A stretch of DNA of 64,000 bases from assembly GCA_012295275.1 (NCBI GenBank), contig CM022670.1, positions 38,750,001 through 38,814,000 on the forward strand. The letters are read 5' to 3'. The stretch's first letter is position 1. Every line of letters begins with the position of its first letter. The stretch comes from Chrysomallon squamiferum (Eukaryota > Animalia > Mollusca). A model generated the notes under the pieces. That model saw only the letters and a program-made list of their open reading frames with translations. It was not told the DNA's origin and searched no databases. Shown here piece by piece: positions 43,997-57,309 of this stretch. The position numbers were made by a program, and so were the translations under genes.

Positions 43997-45969
43997 TATT
44001 TAAATAAATCATTATGTATATCTGTATATCTATCATGTATGGCTATACTGAATGTAGTTTATTACCATGAATGTCAAACTACTGAACAAAATGACATTAA
44101 ACTGTAACTAAAGAAATGAAACAACATGCTCAGAATGCACAATGCCGTCATACAAATCTTTATTGCATTGCTCTTTGCACCGTAAGTCACTCTGTACCTA
44201 TATAAAGTACAGCGCCGGCTTAATTAGTGCAAGACAGTATGTTCTTAAATAACTAATTTCATAGTAAACAGGATTGAAAAAGAAAGCATGTCACATCAAA
44301 TGAGTCTCTGTTAAATACAAATGTATGTTATTTAATTTCTGATACAGATGACACACCTTTAAGCAACAAAGTAGGATAAAACAGACAACTTTAAGAGATC
44401 TTCATTTATGAACAAAACCTTATCCTACTTTTTACTAGTTCAAATCAGAATTAACAGTTTCTAATGAGTACCTACAATCATGCAAACACAAACAATTTTG
44501 ATGTATTTGTATACAAACTAGGGATTTTGTTGTTTCTAGACATGTTTCTAGAGTAAATGTTAACCTCTGTAATTAGATTGTCATTATAGTGTTAAATTTT
44601 TTATCACCAACAAAGACTGGCGTTTTCTAACATATGAAAATATTCTTAACATATTTAATTCATTTGTACATATCGAATTTTAAAATGTTTATAAATGAAC
44701 ATTTCATTACAACTAAAATCATCTATTGGTAAAACTATTCACTTTGCAAAGTCTTAAATACTCAGTCATAAGTCAAAAAATGCAACTTACATCAAGGAAG
44801 GCTGCTGAATTTATTCTTCTTTCAGCAGTTATAGTAACATAAATGGAACAGGTCTAAAAAAAAAAAAAGTAATTATAAAAAGTGGACCCATTTCATAGTA
44901 TCTGAAGATAAACGAGACAAAGAGAACTAAAAATCAAATTTACAATTTTAAGAATATTTTTATGTTCCCTAATACAGTTGCCCATTTTTACTAAACTTCT
45001 TACAACATCACTTTCTCTACATTTGTTCACATAAGTGACATTATTAATAAAATATGAATATATAGGCTCTGTTAATGTTATTCATAGCTAAATTCAGAAA
45101 TAATAGTGCAGATATGAATCTGCAATTTCATAATTATGATCTGACAGCTGATTTTATTTTAAAACATATTTGGATGTACAATACAATGCAAAGATCAGGT
45201 CTTAGCCATACAGAAATATTCTTCCAATTCTCAAAACACGTTACTGTATATATTTACTCCCAAAGATTAGCTTATTATGTAATTAAACAACTTTTACCTC
45301 CACCTTGTAGACATTTATTGTGTTGTTGTACACCACAATGTAATAATTCCCATCTGGTGACCACTTAACTATTTCTGCAACTGAAAAATAATAATAAAAA
45401 TAATAAAAATTTCAAAAAAGTACAAAAAAATAAAAAAAAAAAGAAACTAAAAATATTTTAATTCATATTCAGAACAGTTACTCTGAATTTAATTTCATTT
45501 AATAATTAAATTTCAAATTAAATTTATAATTATTACACAACTCCACACTAAAAATGTAAATAAAGTAAGAATTTTTTAATACTGAAATGCAAAAAAAGTT
45601 GGTCTGAATGTTATGAAGACTGCAACAAATGGCTGTGACAGGCCATATGTTAATATCAAAGAATGTTTCAAGACAATTTTCTCATAGACAAGCTCATCTT
45701 ACAGTTACTGTAACTCAAAAATGTTAATTCTCTGTGGAAACAAAGCAGAATCTTATTTTGACCATCTGTTTTACACATTTCATAGAAAGGAAAAAATTCA
45801 AATTATTATGATTAACTTTTTTATTTTATTTTTTTTTTAAAAAGGAAAGAATGTGAACTGAGTATGTTACAATTATTCATTATTCTTACATTACAAGTCA
45901 AGTTAAGACTGTTTTGAGATATGGAAAAACTATAATAAACAAGTTTGACTCAATGTTGCCAGACAAACA

Positions 45970-46005
<36 letters not shown>

Positions 46006-46889
46006 AAATCTACATCCTGACACATTTTCAGCCTTTGTTCAAATTACCTGGCCATGTCTAATATAAATATCATAAAACAAACAGAATGAGTAATAATAAT
46101 AATCAAAATATTTCACCTTGTTTAATATTGGTCACATATGCTGATCGACCTGTCATCAAATTCCAGGTGTGCAGGGTTTTGTCTTTTCCGACTGTCAGTG
46201 CCATTTTACCACTTGGATGAATCGAGAGACTGTTTATTCCACCTCTGAAATCAGAAAAACAATTTTCTTATTTAATTTTTAATTCTTAGTACAACTGCTT
46301 AGTTGTGTACTAAAAATGAAAATTTAAAAAAAAAAGAGCTTATGATTTGATGATTTGTTTGCTATGAAACTTTTGAAAGAAATAAAACTGGGATTTGACT
46401 TTCATTATTTAACTACACTAAATTAAAAACAAAAAGAAACTGAATTGATATCAAAGAGGGTTAATGAAGACACAGTCAAATTAAATTATGTGTGTGTGTG
46501 TGTGTACACATGTACCTTAATACAACTGTTTCATTTTGTCTGTGTCTGTATGACTGTGTGAGTGTCTCTGTCTCTGTCTCTCTGTGTGTGTGTGTGTGTT
46601 TGTTTAGATATAAAGTAAAACAAACTTGTGACCCTTGAGAATCTTCAGACATTCATATGTAAATGATTTCCACACACACAGACAACCGTCTTCTGCACAG
46701 CTGAACATGTGGGTGCCTTTGAAAAAATCCACACACATCACAGAACCTTTAATAGAAAAATGTATCTATGTACAGTTAAATGATACAGATAAAAGTTTTG
46801 CTTTTGTGGTGTGGGTGTATAATGCAAAAACACATTTTATTTTATTTCAGTTTTGTTTGGTTGGCCAAGATAGATATATAATTTTAGTA

Positions 46890-46926
<37 letters not shown>

Positions 46927-47395
46927 AAAGATAAAAATAAATAATTTTGTTCAGTCAGTACTTATACTTACATGAAACGAAAAATAAAATAAAAAGCAAT
47001 ATATAACTTATAGTTAATTGAAATTTTACCAGATATTTTTCTAACTTGATAAATTTGTGTCAAAACATCACAGCAACTACAGATACACAAACACATACAC
47101 ACATGAAAGTATTATTTTGAAACTAATGTTATACTATTCTGATCCAAATAAATATTTACCAATATGTTGGACTAACGAGCCCATTTCTTTTCTTTTCCTC
47201 AGGTTAAATAAACGTATGGTTTCATCAGTGCTGCCTGATGCAAGAATTCCTTTCTGTGATATTGCAACAGTCTTTACACAACCACTGTGAGAATGATCTG
47301 TGAAACTCTGCTCCAACTGAAAGCCACCCTGTGGAATATTGTAAAAAATATATTATTACTTATTTCTTTTTATTTATTTATTTATTTACTTATTA

Positions 47396-47437
<42 letters not shown>

Positions 47438-48073
47438 TTTTTATCATCATTATTATTATTATTACTGGTTTTATTTACTTCTTTTCTTTTTTCAGGAAGC
47501 ACTTTTTCCGTAATAATGTAAACAGATCATTATGATTTAGTAAATGAGATACTGTGTGTAACAAAAATTACTATTAACAATTTTCCAGTGCTTGTCTAAA
47601 CTAAATGTCAAAAATTATATCTTTCTCAAAAATTCCATGCTCAAACTATGACCTACAAAATCAAGATCAGTTTTGAAAAAAATCAGTTATATGCTAGTAC
47701 TGTAAGAGTAATACTGGACTAGAAAATAACTTAGCATTTGATCAGTCGTGAAGAACCTAAAAGACCATCAAATAAATCCTCAGCTTAATAATAACTAGCT
47801 AATAAACTGATAGTTACTTTAGTATCCCACTGCAGTGATATTAACAAATAAAAAAATAATAATTCACAAAACAATCCTCGAAAATATGTATCATACGAAA
47901 ACACAACATTTAGAGTTATAATTTAATTATGGGTTGATTAATTACAGTTTTATTTGTAAATTGTATTATATAAAGTGGAGGTCTTCTAAAATTAATTAGC
48001 ATACTTCACTTTTTGTTTTAACTAATTTATAACCAAGCAGCAATTCTTCGTACGTCCCTGCAACGAGTTCCAT
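38494..48073 (-). CDS. PAK1IP1: p21-activated kinase-interacting protein 1 (Mak11 orthologue, WD40 60S biogenesis factor), ~405 aa. Exons 48005-48073, 47160-47328, 46626-46746, 46117-46244, 45298-45380, 44791-44853, 40570-40667, 40084-40198, 39264-39573, 38494-38555
   Basis: Starts MELVAGTYEELLLGY. WD40 repeats include LASGSTDETIRLFNL, LKGHKGGINSLSIHPSGKMALTVGKDKTLHTWNL, VKWSPDG and VTTASSDGVI, followed by RLTCVAV and a Lys-rich tail. All introns are GT-AG; total 1218 nt in frame. Confidence 0.93.
41457..41583 (-). ncRNA. Intronic box H/ACA snoRNA, SNORA70(U70)-like 5' hairpin, copy A
   Basis: Host sense strand: hairpin UGCAC-UAAUUAAGCCG-stem-GUGCA, H box AGAAUA, second hairpin (ACCUGGCAGAU/AUCUGUUGGGU), then ACA+3 nt. 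AAUUAAGCCG is antisense to 18S CGGCUUAAUU. Confidence 0.75.
42523..42650 (-). ncRNA. Intronic box H/ACA snoRNA, SNORA70-like 5' hairpin, copy B
   Basis: Same 5' hairpin (guide AAUUAAGCUG, a G-U wobble variant), H box AGACUA, second hairpin CACAGCAGA...UCUGUUUUGUG, then ACAGUU. Confidence 0.72.
42709..42921. mobile_element. MITE with ~70-bp terminal inverted repeats, TA-flanked (Tc1/mariner-pogo type)
   Basis: The left arm ctgggttgaggaataaatcatttcagttaaattaaatttaatcattacatagaagaaaacttaagcttaa recurs inverted at ~42852-42921. TA repeats flank both ends. Confidence 0.8.
43504..43622 (-). ncRNA. Candidate additional intronic H/ACA snoRNA
   Basis: Host sense strand: GCACU...AUUCAGUAG/UUACUGAGU...AGUGC hairpin with an internal loop, H box AGAGAA, a weaker second hairpin (CAGA...UCUG), then ACAGCU. 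Confidence 0.5.
44100..44232 (-). ncRNA. Intronic box H/ACA snoRNA, SNORA70-like 5' hairpin, copy C
   Basis: Same 5' hairpin (AAUUAAGCCG), H box AGAGCA, second hairpin UAAAGA...ACGGCAU/AUGUUGU...UCUUUA, then ACAGUU. Confidence 0.72.
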
Positions 48074-48356
48074 TTCCACGTGCTTGTGCTTCTCTTTCGT
48101 TCGTGGATTTAATCTCCGAATTAAACTCAACTCAGCTCGTTTTAAATTCGGCACCGACTACACTTTTAATATTGTCAGAGGTAATAGTCTAAACTAGTCT
48201 AAACGTAAACATTCATGGGATAATAAATCAATAAGTTAATAATTTTATATAGTTGTTTTATGTATGCCTATTATTAATTTAGGACATTTTAGCAAATACG
48301 TTTCGGGTTAGGATATTATAGCCGGAAATTTTTCAAGGCAAGATGGACATTATAAT

Positions 48357-48440
48357 TACAGTGGTACTTGTCTTGTAGAACACTTGTGGGGGCGAGCACA
48401 AGTGTCCCTAATTCACAGGTGTCCTCTTATCAGAAGTATA
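48357..48440. mobile_element. Possible degenerate DNA-transposon (pogo/Tc1-like) terminal fragment
   Basis: Begins TACAGTGGTAC..., with GTGTCC...AGGTGTCCTCTTA sub-repeats like those at such element ends. No partner TIR identified with confidence. Confidence 0.3.
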
Positions 48441-49616
48441 AACAGTACAGACAAACATCATAGTTTTCTCCGAAAATACAGTTGCAAACGTAGGCATATC
48501 GAATTCTTTGATGGATATAAATAAAACATATTTTGGACGTCAAAATATTTATATTTTACAAAATAATACGTTTGGAAACCAAATAACGCTTCGATTTGTG
48601 ACAGCCGCACCATCTTTTCAACCTAAGAAGTCCGCTAAGATGCGGTGTTAATAAAATAATCATAGAATGATGCTGAATGTTTGAATTATCAAAATTGTAA
48701 ACCAAATGGATTGTCACAGCTTGGTGGACAAGCATTTGACGACTGCAGTTCGCGGTTTCGTGTGAACTGTACAGTGAGGTAAACAGGCGACACAATCTTT
48801 AAACAAAACAAAACAAAAAATCATATAAAGCTGCTGTACAAAAACAAAATAAGTATGACTGTTCGCTTTAGCAGTGGAATAATAACAATAATAATGCTCT
48901 CCGCTTATCTAAGGGATTTCATTTGAAAAACAATCAGAACTAGGAAGAATGTCCGTACATCGTAGGTGGCCACTCAACTCGATAGTGTACCTGTCTTCGA
49001 AAATTTTGAAAATGTAAATTCCATATTGCAATTCTAATGTTGAAGACTTTGAGCATAGGCGTGAATGGCCAGTGTTTATTTTTTTTTTTCTATAATCATG
49101 GTAACTGAACAGCAGTTGCAGTTATAAATGACTGTATCTGATGTCAAACTGTAAAATACTCTTCAACTTATTATGCTATAATTATATAATAAATTATTAT
49201 GTCTTTCGTAGGACACTAAAGTTAACGATAAATCTGTCATTTGTAAGCAGTAATTATCCCAGAGTTTAAGATGTGTACATTGCAGTTACAGTGAACAGTA
49301 TATTTTATGATTTTGTATTGGACTTACACATTTTTTAAATATAAAACTTTAAATTATGCTTCTTATTTTTAAATTGATATAATGAACATTAACCTCCCCC
49401 CAAAAAACAAAAACGACAAACAGTAATTATAATAATAAACATTTTTATAAAGTAAAAAAAAATAAATCAAAAGGAAATGTCCTAATCTGAAGTTTCCAAG
49501 ACCGAAATGTCGGTGTCTATATAGTTAGTTCACAGCAATTATAACTGACTTAAATGAACATGTATTAAACAGTAATTACACCTCCAGAAATGCAATCATT
49601 TAATCGCCAACAGTTT

Positions 49617-49667
<51 letters not shown>

Positions 49668-50004
49668 TTAATAACAATAATTAAAAAAAGATATATAAAT
49701 AAATACATTAATAAATAATAAATAAAATAAAATAAAAATAATAATAATATTAATATTAATAAATTGATTAAATTCTATGTAACTGAATCATATTAAGAAA
49801 AATAGGTTTTTTTTTTTTCTCAAGTAAATCTAGCCTATTGAATGGAATGATTGTTACTGATTTCATTTGAACACTGAATTCTTATTATTTATTATGTTTT
49901 TTGAAGCTAGTGAAACATATCAAAAGAAAAACAAACTTATAATCATTATACATCTTTATTTTTCCAAGCGGAAAATATACACGTTCCCTTTTTTTTTTTT
50001 TTTT

Positions 50005-50035
<31 letters not shown>

Positions 50036-50803
50036 CTGATATGTGGTTTAATGTTATTCCAGTATGTAAAAACAACACATAGTTATTAATTTTGTGCACT
50101 GATCACCATGGTAATATCTAGGATTTTTAACCGATTTTGTTAACGTTATCCAAAATTAAAAAATAAATCGTATTCAAAAGCAGCCGTAATGAGTCTTACA
50201 TTTATTGTTAAGTATTTTAATTTGCATGAATCAAAATCTTGAGGTCATGTTTGGGAGTATTAGACTCACAGGATACTACCATGGATCCGCACCTATCGTC
50301 AGAAATGAAAATTTAAAAAAAAAGAAAAAAAAATAAAAATTCTACAATGAACCCGATAATAATCGTATTGCAAATTCAGTAAATGTAAATATATTTGTTG
50401 ATATATGCTGGATTAAATATCATGGAAAACAAATAATAAAAAGTTATTAAAACATAATAAAAGGAAAACAAAAATCTCTAAATTGTTTGTTTTTTCTTTC
50501 TTTTTCCCATTTGTTACGTTTACCGTTATTCAATAACGAGCAAATTTGTACGTATAAGCGCCAGGTTATTATAATTATTATAAAAGTATAAATAACGTAA
50601 ATTTTATAATATGCTTTAAAGCAAATATATAAAGCCTTAATAATTAAACTGAAATGTGCATGAAAGAAAATTCCATACAAAAATATTCCTTCAGTTAATC
50701 ATGTTAAAAATATAATTATTTATTATGTGGTACATATCGTATTGAAAGCTCCTTGATTATATCCAAAATAAATAAAATGCTATTTATGTAATGTTATACA
50801 GTG

Positions 50804-51103
50804 CTACGAAAACTCCATGTTGTTTGAAGTTTTCTGTGCTTTTGCACTGGCCCATCCCGGATATTCGATGTCAGCATCCTCCAGTGAACGTTTGCGTTGA
50901 ATATGCGAAGTGAAATTGCTGTTTAGTTCCATTGCCCTAAGATATTGTTCGGCATCGTCACTGCTGATTTTTGTTCCGTGACTGTTTTCAAACCACAGTG
51001 TGAGGGTGGAGCCGTCGTAGACATTGAGTGGGTTTTTACTCATCGTTTCTCTTGCATCGGCGAATGCTTCTTTTAAATTCGGAAAACGTCGACTAAGTGT
51101 CAT
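50804..51103 (-). CDS. Orphan small ORF (99 aa from the first ATG) in a terminal exon (acceptor at 51169); may extend into upstream small exons
   Basis: Non-repetitive, coding-like frame MTLSRRFPNLKEAFADARE...RKRSLEDADIEYPGWASAKAQK...MEFS, open from a good acceptor (atttttag|aag). AATAAA follows on the minus strand near 50718. No family recognised. Confidence 0.55.
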   Translation of the reverse strand: MTLSRRFPNLKEAFADARETMSKNPLNVYDGSTLTLWFENSHGTKISSDDAEQYLRAMELNSNFTSHIQRKRSLEDADIEYPGWASAKAQKTSNNMEFS

Positions 51104-51504
51104 TTCATAATCAGTGAAGGCCACAAGCCCAGTTCGAAATTCAGCGCACCACCAGTATTCCAACGGCTTCTAAAAATAGATTTTATAGCACAAAGTATTA
51201 TCACGATTATTATTGTTGTTGTTGTTGTTGTTTGTTTTTGTTTTTTAAACACTAACTTGTAAAATTGTTTTCACTATGTAAATTAATGTGATGGCATTGT
51301 GTAAACATAAAACATTTTATATTCCATATTGAATATTGTATATATATATTTGCTTATTTGTGACTTAATCATTAGAATTTCGTGAAATTTTTATAAAAAA
51401 TGTATCGCAGTTTATGTTCTCCTTTCACCTGCCTGTCCAAATCGAATAACTGTATAGTGACGTTACCGACCTATCTCTGTTTTAGACTATCTGTATTTAA
51501 ATTA

Positions 51505-51556
<52 letters not shown>

Positions 51557-54194
51557 GATAAATAAACAACAACAAAAAATATATATATAAGAGGCATACA
51601 CCGTCAGCTCAAAAGAAAGATCTGAAAACAGTTAAATCTGAGCTTCTCCTTATCCATTACTCCTGTTTCTAACGCTCACTTCTTCGCAAGTGCTGTTTTG
51701 CGAATCAACTCTAATACTAATAGCAACAGCGATTTCGCCTATCACATTACACGAATGGCAGATCATAGAACGCCAATCATTTCATAATAATACATTATTA
51801 CCAAATCATTTTATTATAACGAAGATATCAGTTCGAAACTCCCTCCAGCGATCTCATTTCTGCCGCAGGTGAAAAAAATGTATGCACTGCTTAGAAATTA
51901 CAAAGGTCGATGAACCCACCACCGATGTGAATCCCTGTAAGTGGAACATCCACGGTTCAGCCTGTAACTGTACAAGTATCTTGTCGTGGATACGTTTATT
52001 AATTAATTTGAATCTAATTTTATTCGGTTCTTTGAAATAAATAATATTTATCACCATCGATAGTAAATGAAATTTTGATTATTTGTTAAGTATCGAATGA
52101 TTGTGCATAAGGAAGCGAAATCGATTGTGTGAAACACTGTGCAATAAATGTAGAGCAGTCAGTTTAGGTCTACATTTCGATATGCATCCGTTTTATCCCC
52201 AGTGTCAAACTGTGTGACTGTAAAGTCGGTAGTACATTAAAGGGAACATTGTAAATGACTTCAAATTAATCCTTAGGTTTCTTTTTTACATGAAATTATA
52301 GTAACTTTTATTGTATTTAAATTTAGCAATCTATCGCAGCTCTGATGTAAAATGTATACAAACCTTTTCCGTTTCCATCGAGGAAAAATCTGAAATTGGC
52401 TGAATAAGTCCAGAAATGAATAATCGGTAAAACTAAAACAGCCTTAAAAGTGTTCCCTTTTTATGGGCATCTAAACTTTATTTGTTTCAAAAATTCTGTT
52501 CCGGTTGGTGAAAGACTAATCAGTTACTGTCAAGAAAGTCTACATTAAGAACGCGGCTTTCTTCGAATGTGGGACAACCAGCCAGCAGACGATGTGGTTC
52601 ATCTAGCAGCAAGGTAACAGACAGCATAGCCTGCTCCAATGAATAAATAAACATACCTCATTAAAGCTTTTATAAGTCGTAGTTGATTCAGGCTAGAAAA
52701 TAGAAACCGCGCCTTTCTACAAATTAAAAACTCACCGAATCAGAGATAGCGTTGTTAAGATATAGGCGTTCAATATTCTAGGTTTTGTTCCTGATCTGAA
52801 TTTTAAAATTATATGATGGTCATTTTACGAACACGGTGAAAAATTACTGAATCTTTTTTCTTTTCGTTCTTTTCTTTTCTGTTAGTGTTAAAGAAGTTAA
52901 ATGTGTTTCAATGTTAAGCAGAGTAATGGACAAATTGAATGTGCATTATTTTTAACTAAAAAAAAAAAATTAATAAAAAAATAAAATAATTCAGGTACAT
53001 GTTGGTGTAAATGAATGAATATAAACATTGTGCTGTCATACTAATAATAGATGTATTCTTATCATGTATGCATTATACCATTTCTCTCTATCCCTCTGAG
53101 AAATATTAAAAAGATATCACAGAACCTTTTGCAATAAAGCAAGTCGTAACTTTTAATCTGTTAAATAATTATAAACAAAACAAACATAAATGAATCAGTG
53201 ATTTCGGAAGAAGACTGACTGTGAATATAGATTGACAGTAGGATGGAGTGTGTGCGAGAGAAAAACTTGAAGTATGTCGGAGGAAATAATATACAAAATT
53301 AAACTTTCGTCCTTACGGTCAATTCGCTATTCTCTATACTGCAATAGCTATATTTGAGTAAACTTTTATCACAGCACGGGGAAGATATTCTATTCTGAAT
53401 TAGTAAATCACTCACTCTTAGCTGTCGTTAATGATTGTTCATCGAAAAAAAAAAAAAAAAAAAAAAAAAAGACGATTGTGACCAAATCCTAAATAATTAC
53501 AAATTGCGAACGTTAATAATTAAAATGATTTATTGAATATAAAGCATATGAAAAATTATCATTTGAATAGTGTAGGTGTAAAATGTAATCTGAGACAATT
53601 TTTTTTTTTTTTTTCGAAATTTTAAAATCGTTTTGCCTTATGATCAGAATTTTTACATTGTTAATTAATGAAAAAAATTAACGATTTAAATTATGAATTA
53701 CTTTTCTTATGGTTATTTACTGACACAAATGATTATAGAAACTGTAGTTTTTAAATCTGAATCAAAACCATTTAACGTTTTAGTCTTTCTAATTTTTGAT
53801 GGAACACTGAAATGGCCTTGTTCGAAGTTTCAGTTTCATACGCACAGCCATCGAAAATGTTATTTATAAGCGATTTAGGGGTGAAGGGTTAGTAAATGTA
53901 CGAAATTTCGTTTAACTTTTTCAAGCTATTCAAAACAACAATGATAATACATTTTATTTATTTTCTATTTTTATATATTAATAAAATTTAGTATTTATAC
54001 GTTCTACATTTAATATATATATATATATATTTTTTTTACTGGCCACATTTCAGTATAATATAGCATATGATTATGTACAACACGTACAACTTTGAAAATA
54101 CATTAGTGAACAAAATTATACTGCTTGCATAATAAGCATATCTGACAAGGTTTAATATTTTTGTTTTTGTTATTTATTTATTTATAGTAAAAGC

Positions 54195-54262
<68 letters not shown>

Positions 54263-54279
54263 ATGCATAAATACACATA

Positions 54280-54310
<31 letters not shown>

Positions 54311-54939
54311 CGTTCAAACTTTCTACTATAACTTATATAGCTCTTTATATGTAATATGCCTACAGCTAGCATCATGAACCTATTAAAACATGGAACAAAA
54401 TTAAAATTCTCAGATTTTATTTAGTATGACACCACATTGAACGTATTAACGCAAAATAGGGAGGGGGAAAAATAAGACGAACAAAGTTCTCCAAAAATGA
54501 ATCATTCAAACGCATTTGGATACCTAAAAAGTCGTTTTCACAACCTACCAACGTACATTGAATTTGTACATGAGAGAAAGAGGGGGAGGGCTTTATAAAG
54601 GATACTGTGTCATATTTGTTTCTAGGTTCATTCAGTTTGCCTCACTTGTTACACAATGAAAATGAAAAACAAAATTATATATATATAAATTTAAATTTAG
54701 TATTATATATATTATTTATGAATTTATTTGATAAACAGTGTTGTTTATCATTTCAAAAAGCGGGCTTGTTCCTTGCTGGTGTATGGCGCATAAAATCGAT
54801 TGGACTGTGAAACACGTGTACGCATTATTTGTAGTTTGAAAGTATTCATTGGGTAGTAGTTAAATTCGTTTAAACGGCAGAGTAACGGAAAGTGAATACG
54901 TGGACATTTGTTAGTTGATTGAGAACAAAAGATCAACAT

Positions 54940-55076
54940 TCACAGCCATAAGTGCTGAGCCAATCAGAGAATGACAGATTATCAGTCTATTCGTTTCCGG
55001 TTTCCGTCAACGTGGGACTTAAGTTCGATCACTGAACTATTCATTATTTCGTATACTGGTTTGCCACGCTTGCAAG
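54940..55076 (+). promoter_or_regulatory. Probable promoter and non-coding exon 1 of the calumenin-like gene
   Basis: CCAAT box (agccaatcag, ~54958), ETS-like ttccggtttccg (~54995) and donor caag|gtgaga at 55076. The first coding exon starts at an acceptor (57290). Confidence 0.5.
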
Positions 55077-57309
55077 GTGAGATCTTTGTAGCTAGCTGGT
55101 GATAAATTTTCTATGCTATTTTTTTGTTTTCTTATTAAATAAGCTTGTGTAATTGCTTTGGTAATTGCTTTGAAATGCATTATAGTTTATACCGATTATA
55201 CAATCAGACAATGAAATGAATGATAATCCGATTATTAATCGTTTAGTCTTAATAATACAAGCTCTGTGGATGAAGTTCAAGTCATGGGTGTAATCATAAT
55301 CATAGACATTGAATGATTGATAAGTAAGCTGTCCTTTTTATTCTCCAGAAATTATTAAATAGTGGGAAAATTAATAATAAATTAATACTCAGGATTAAAT
55401 GCTAAATTATTGTTTAAATAAACGAGTTACATGAATCGAGCTTCTAAAGTTGTTTCAGATAGAAGAAAATGAAAATAGATTGTTAAAACATAATTGAATA
55501 ATATTAAATAAAAATCACAGTGATCAAACACGAAACAGCTAAATAATCAAAACATCATAACGAACTGATGTTTGATAGTTAATTAAAATAGTAATGAAAA
55601 TATAGTCAAGAACTGTATAGCTATCAAAACAAGAGCTTTAATTGGAATTATATTGTAACTGAATTAATAAGAAAATATGTAATAAAATAACTATCCATTT
55701 CACATTATAAATGTGATGACAGTTTTACTATTTTTCAAATATTTAAATTATTTTTATTATTATATGGGTTGTACAATTTCATAATTATGCAGTTTTTTAC
55801 AGTTAGTTTTGTGGTAAAATTTAAAAGCATAAAGAAGTGCATATGTTTTAATGAGTATTAATGCATATATGATAATCTTTCAATAAATATATCAGTTGTA
55901 TCGTCAATGGTTAAACACCACAAAATGTTTAGAAAGAATGTTCTAAATAGAAAATAATTATCTAACTTGTTATTGAATAGCTGACATGCCTTTCTGTGTT
56001 TAGATTTGAATGAAATGTGCTATACATAGTTGGAAGGTTTAGTAGTTTATAATATAACAGTTTTCTAAACATCCTTAATTTTATATTTATATCTTACATT
56101 AGATTTTAAAATTGATTTGATGATTTTATTATTTTATTTTATTTTATATAAATTTCACAAGTTAAATAATAAAAAAATTGTTTCAGGTTAATAAAACATT
56201 TTTTTATTCTTATTTAAATACTATGTTACAGTATGTATATTTGTTTCGAAATTTAGATGCTTACATATGATAAATATTCTGTTAGATTAACTTAGTTTAA
56301 AACCATAAACAAAATGTCCAGCAGGATGTGTATTGCTACTGGTATTAAACCAGTGATGATCATGATATTATCAGGCTTATTTAAGATAAGTTCACTGTGT
56401 AAGTTTTCTTCAACAATTAAAAGATGTGTGTGTGTGCACATGCATGTTCATGTGTCTATGCATTTAGGAATTACTGAACAGTTATGATCAAGTATTTATT
56501 TCTTGTAATGATGATTCATTTCATTTTATAAATTTAACATTATTTTAAAAAGAAAAAACAAATTGTGTCCATTAACAAATATGTACAAAATCAGCCCTTG
56601 CCTTCAGTTCTTTACCTTGAAGCCTGAAAAATATTTTTTTCAATTTTAAATGTAATTTTTTAAAAAGCATTTCAATTTGCATTGTTTATAAAATAAAATA
56701 AAACATATCTTCAACCTTTTATTTTTCAGCACTTCATTTATAATAATTTCCAGTTGTAATTTGTGGTACAAGCCACTTCAGTTCTTATTTTTTGTAATCA
56801 GATGGACTTTATTCTTCTTGAACTTTATTCAAGGTTAAAATCATTTTAGATGAAATAGTTTGAAACAGAATTGAAATCATTGTCAATTTATTTACATTTG
56901 CAGAACTTAACTGGTATATACATAAAAATAAAATATTTAAAATCTGGGTCCACCAACTATAAAATGTTGAGAACCAGTTCATGTAACCCCCCAAAAAATA
57001 GATACATAGATAAAAATATTTTAAAAGAACAACAACAATTAAAGAAGAAGAAAAATGATCTATAACTGGCAGAAGCACATCTTAACAATTTTGTCAGTAT
57101 TATTTTTAATTTAATTTTATTTCTTTATATATATATTTTTTATACTTTAATAACTTCACAACAATGGAATCTCAGAAACCAATGTTCTGTGAGTTAGTCC
57201 CACTCTAATTAAAAGCCTTTCATGATATGAAGATTTACCTAATAACAATCCATTTGATTTGAAAATTAAAACACATGAGTTTATTTTCAGAAAGAGAAAA
57301 CCATTAAAG

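Noticed and set aside
41525-44232. The three repeated hairpins read as a miRNA cluster or CRISPR-like array
   Set aside because: Large internal loops, H/ACA boxes and rRNA complementarity fit snoRNAs; spacing is irregular and there are no cas genes.
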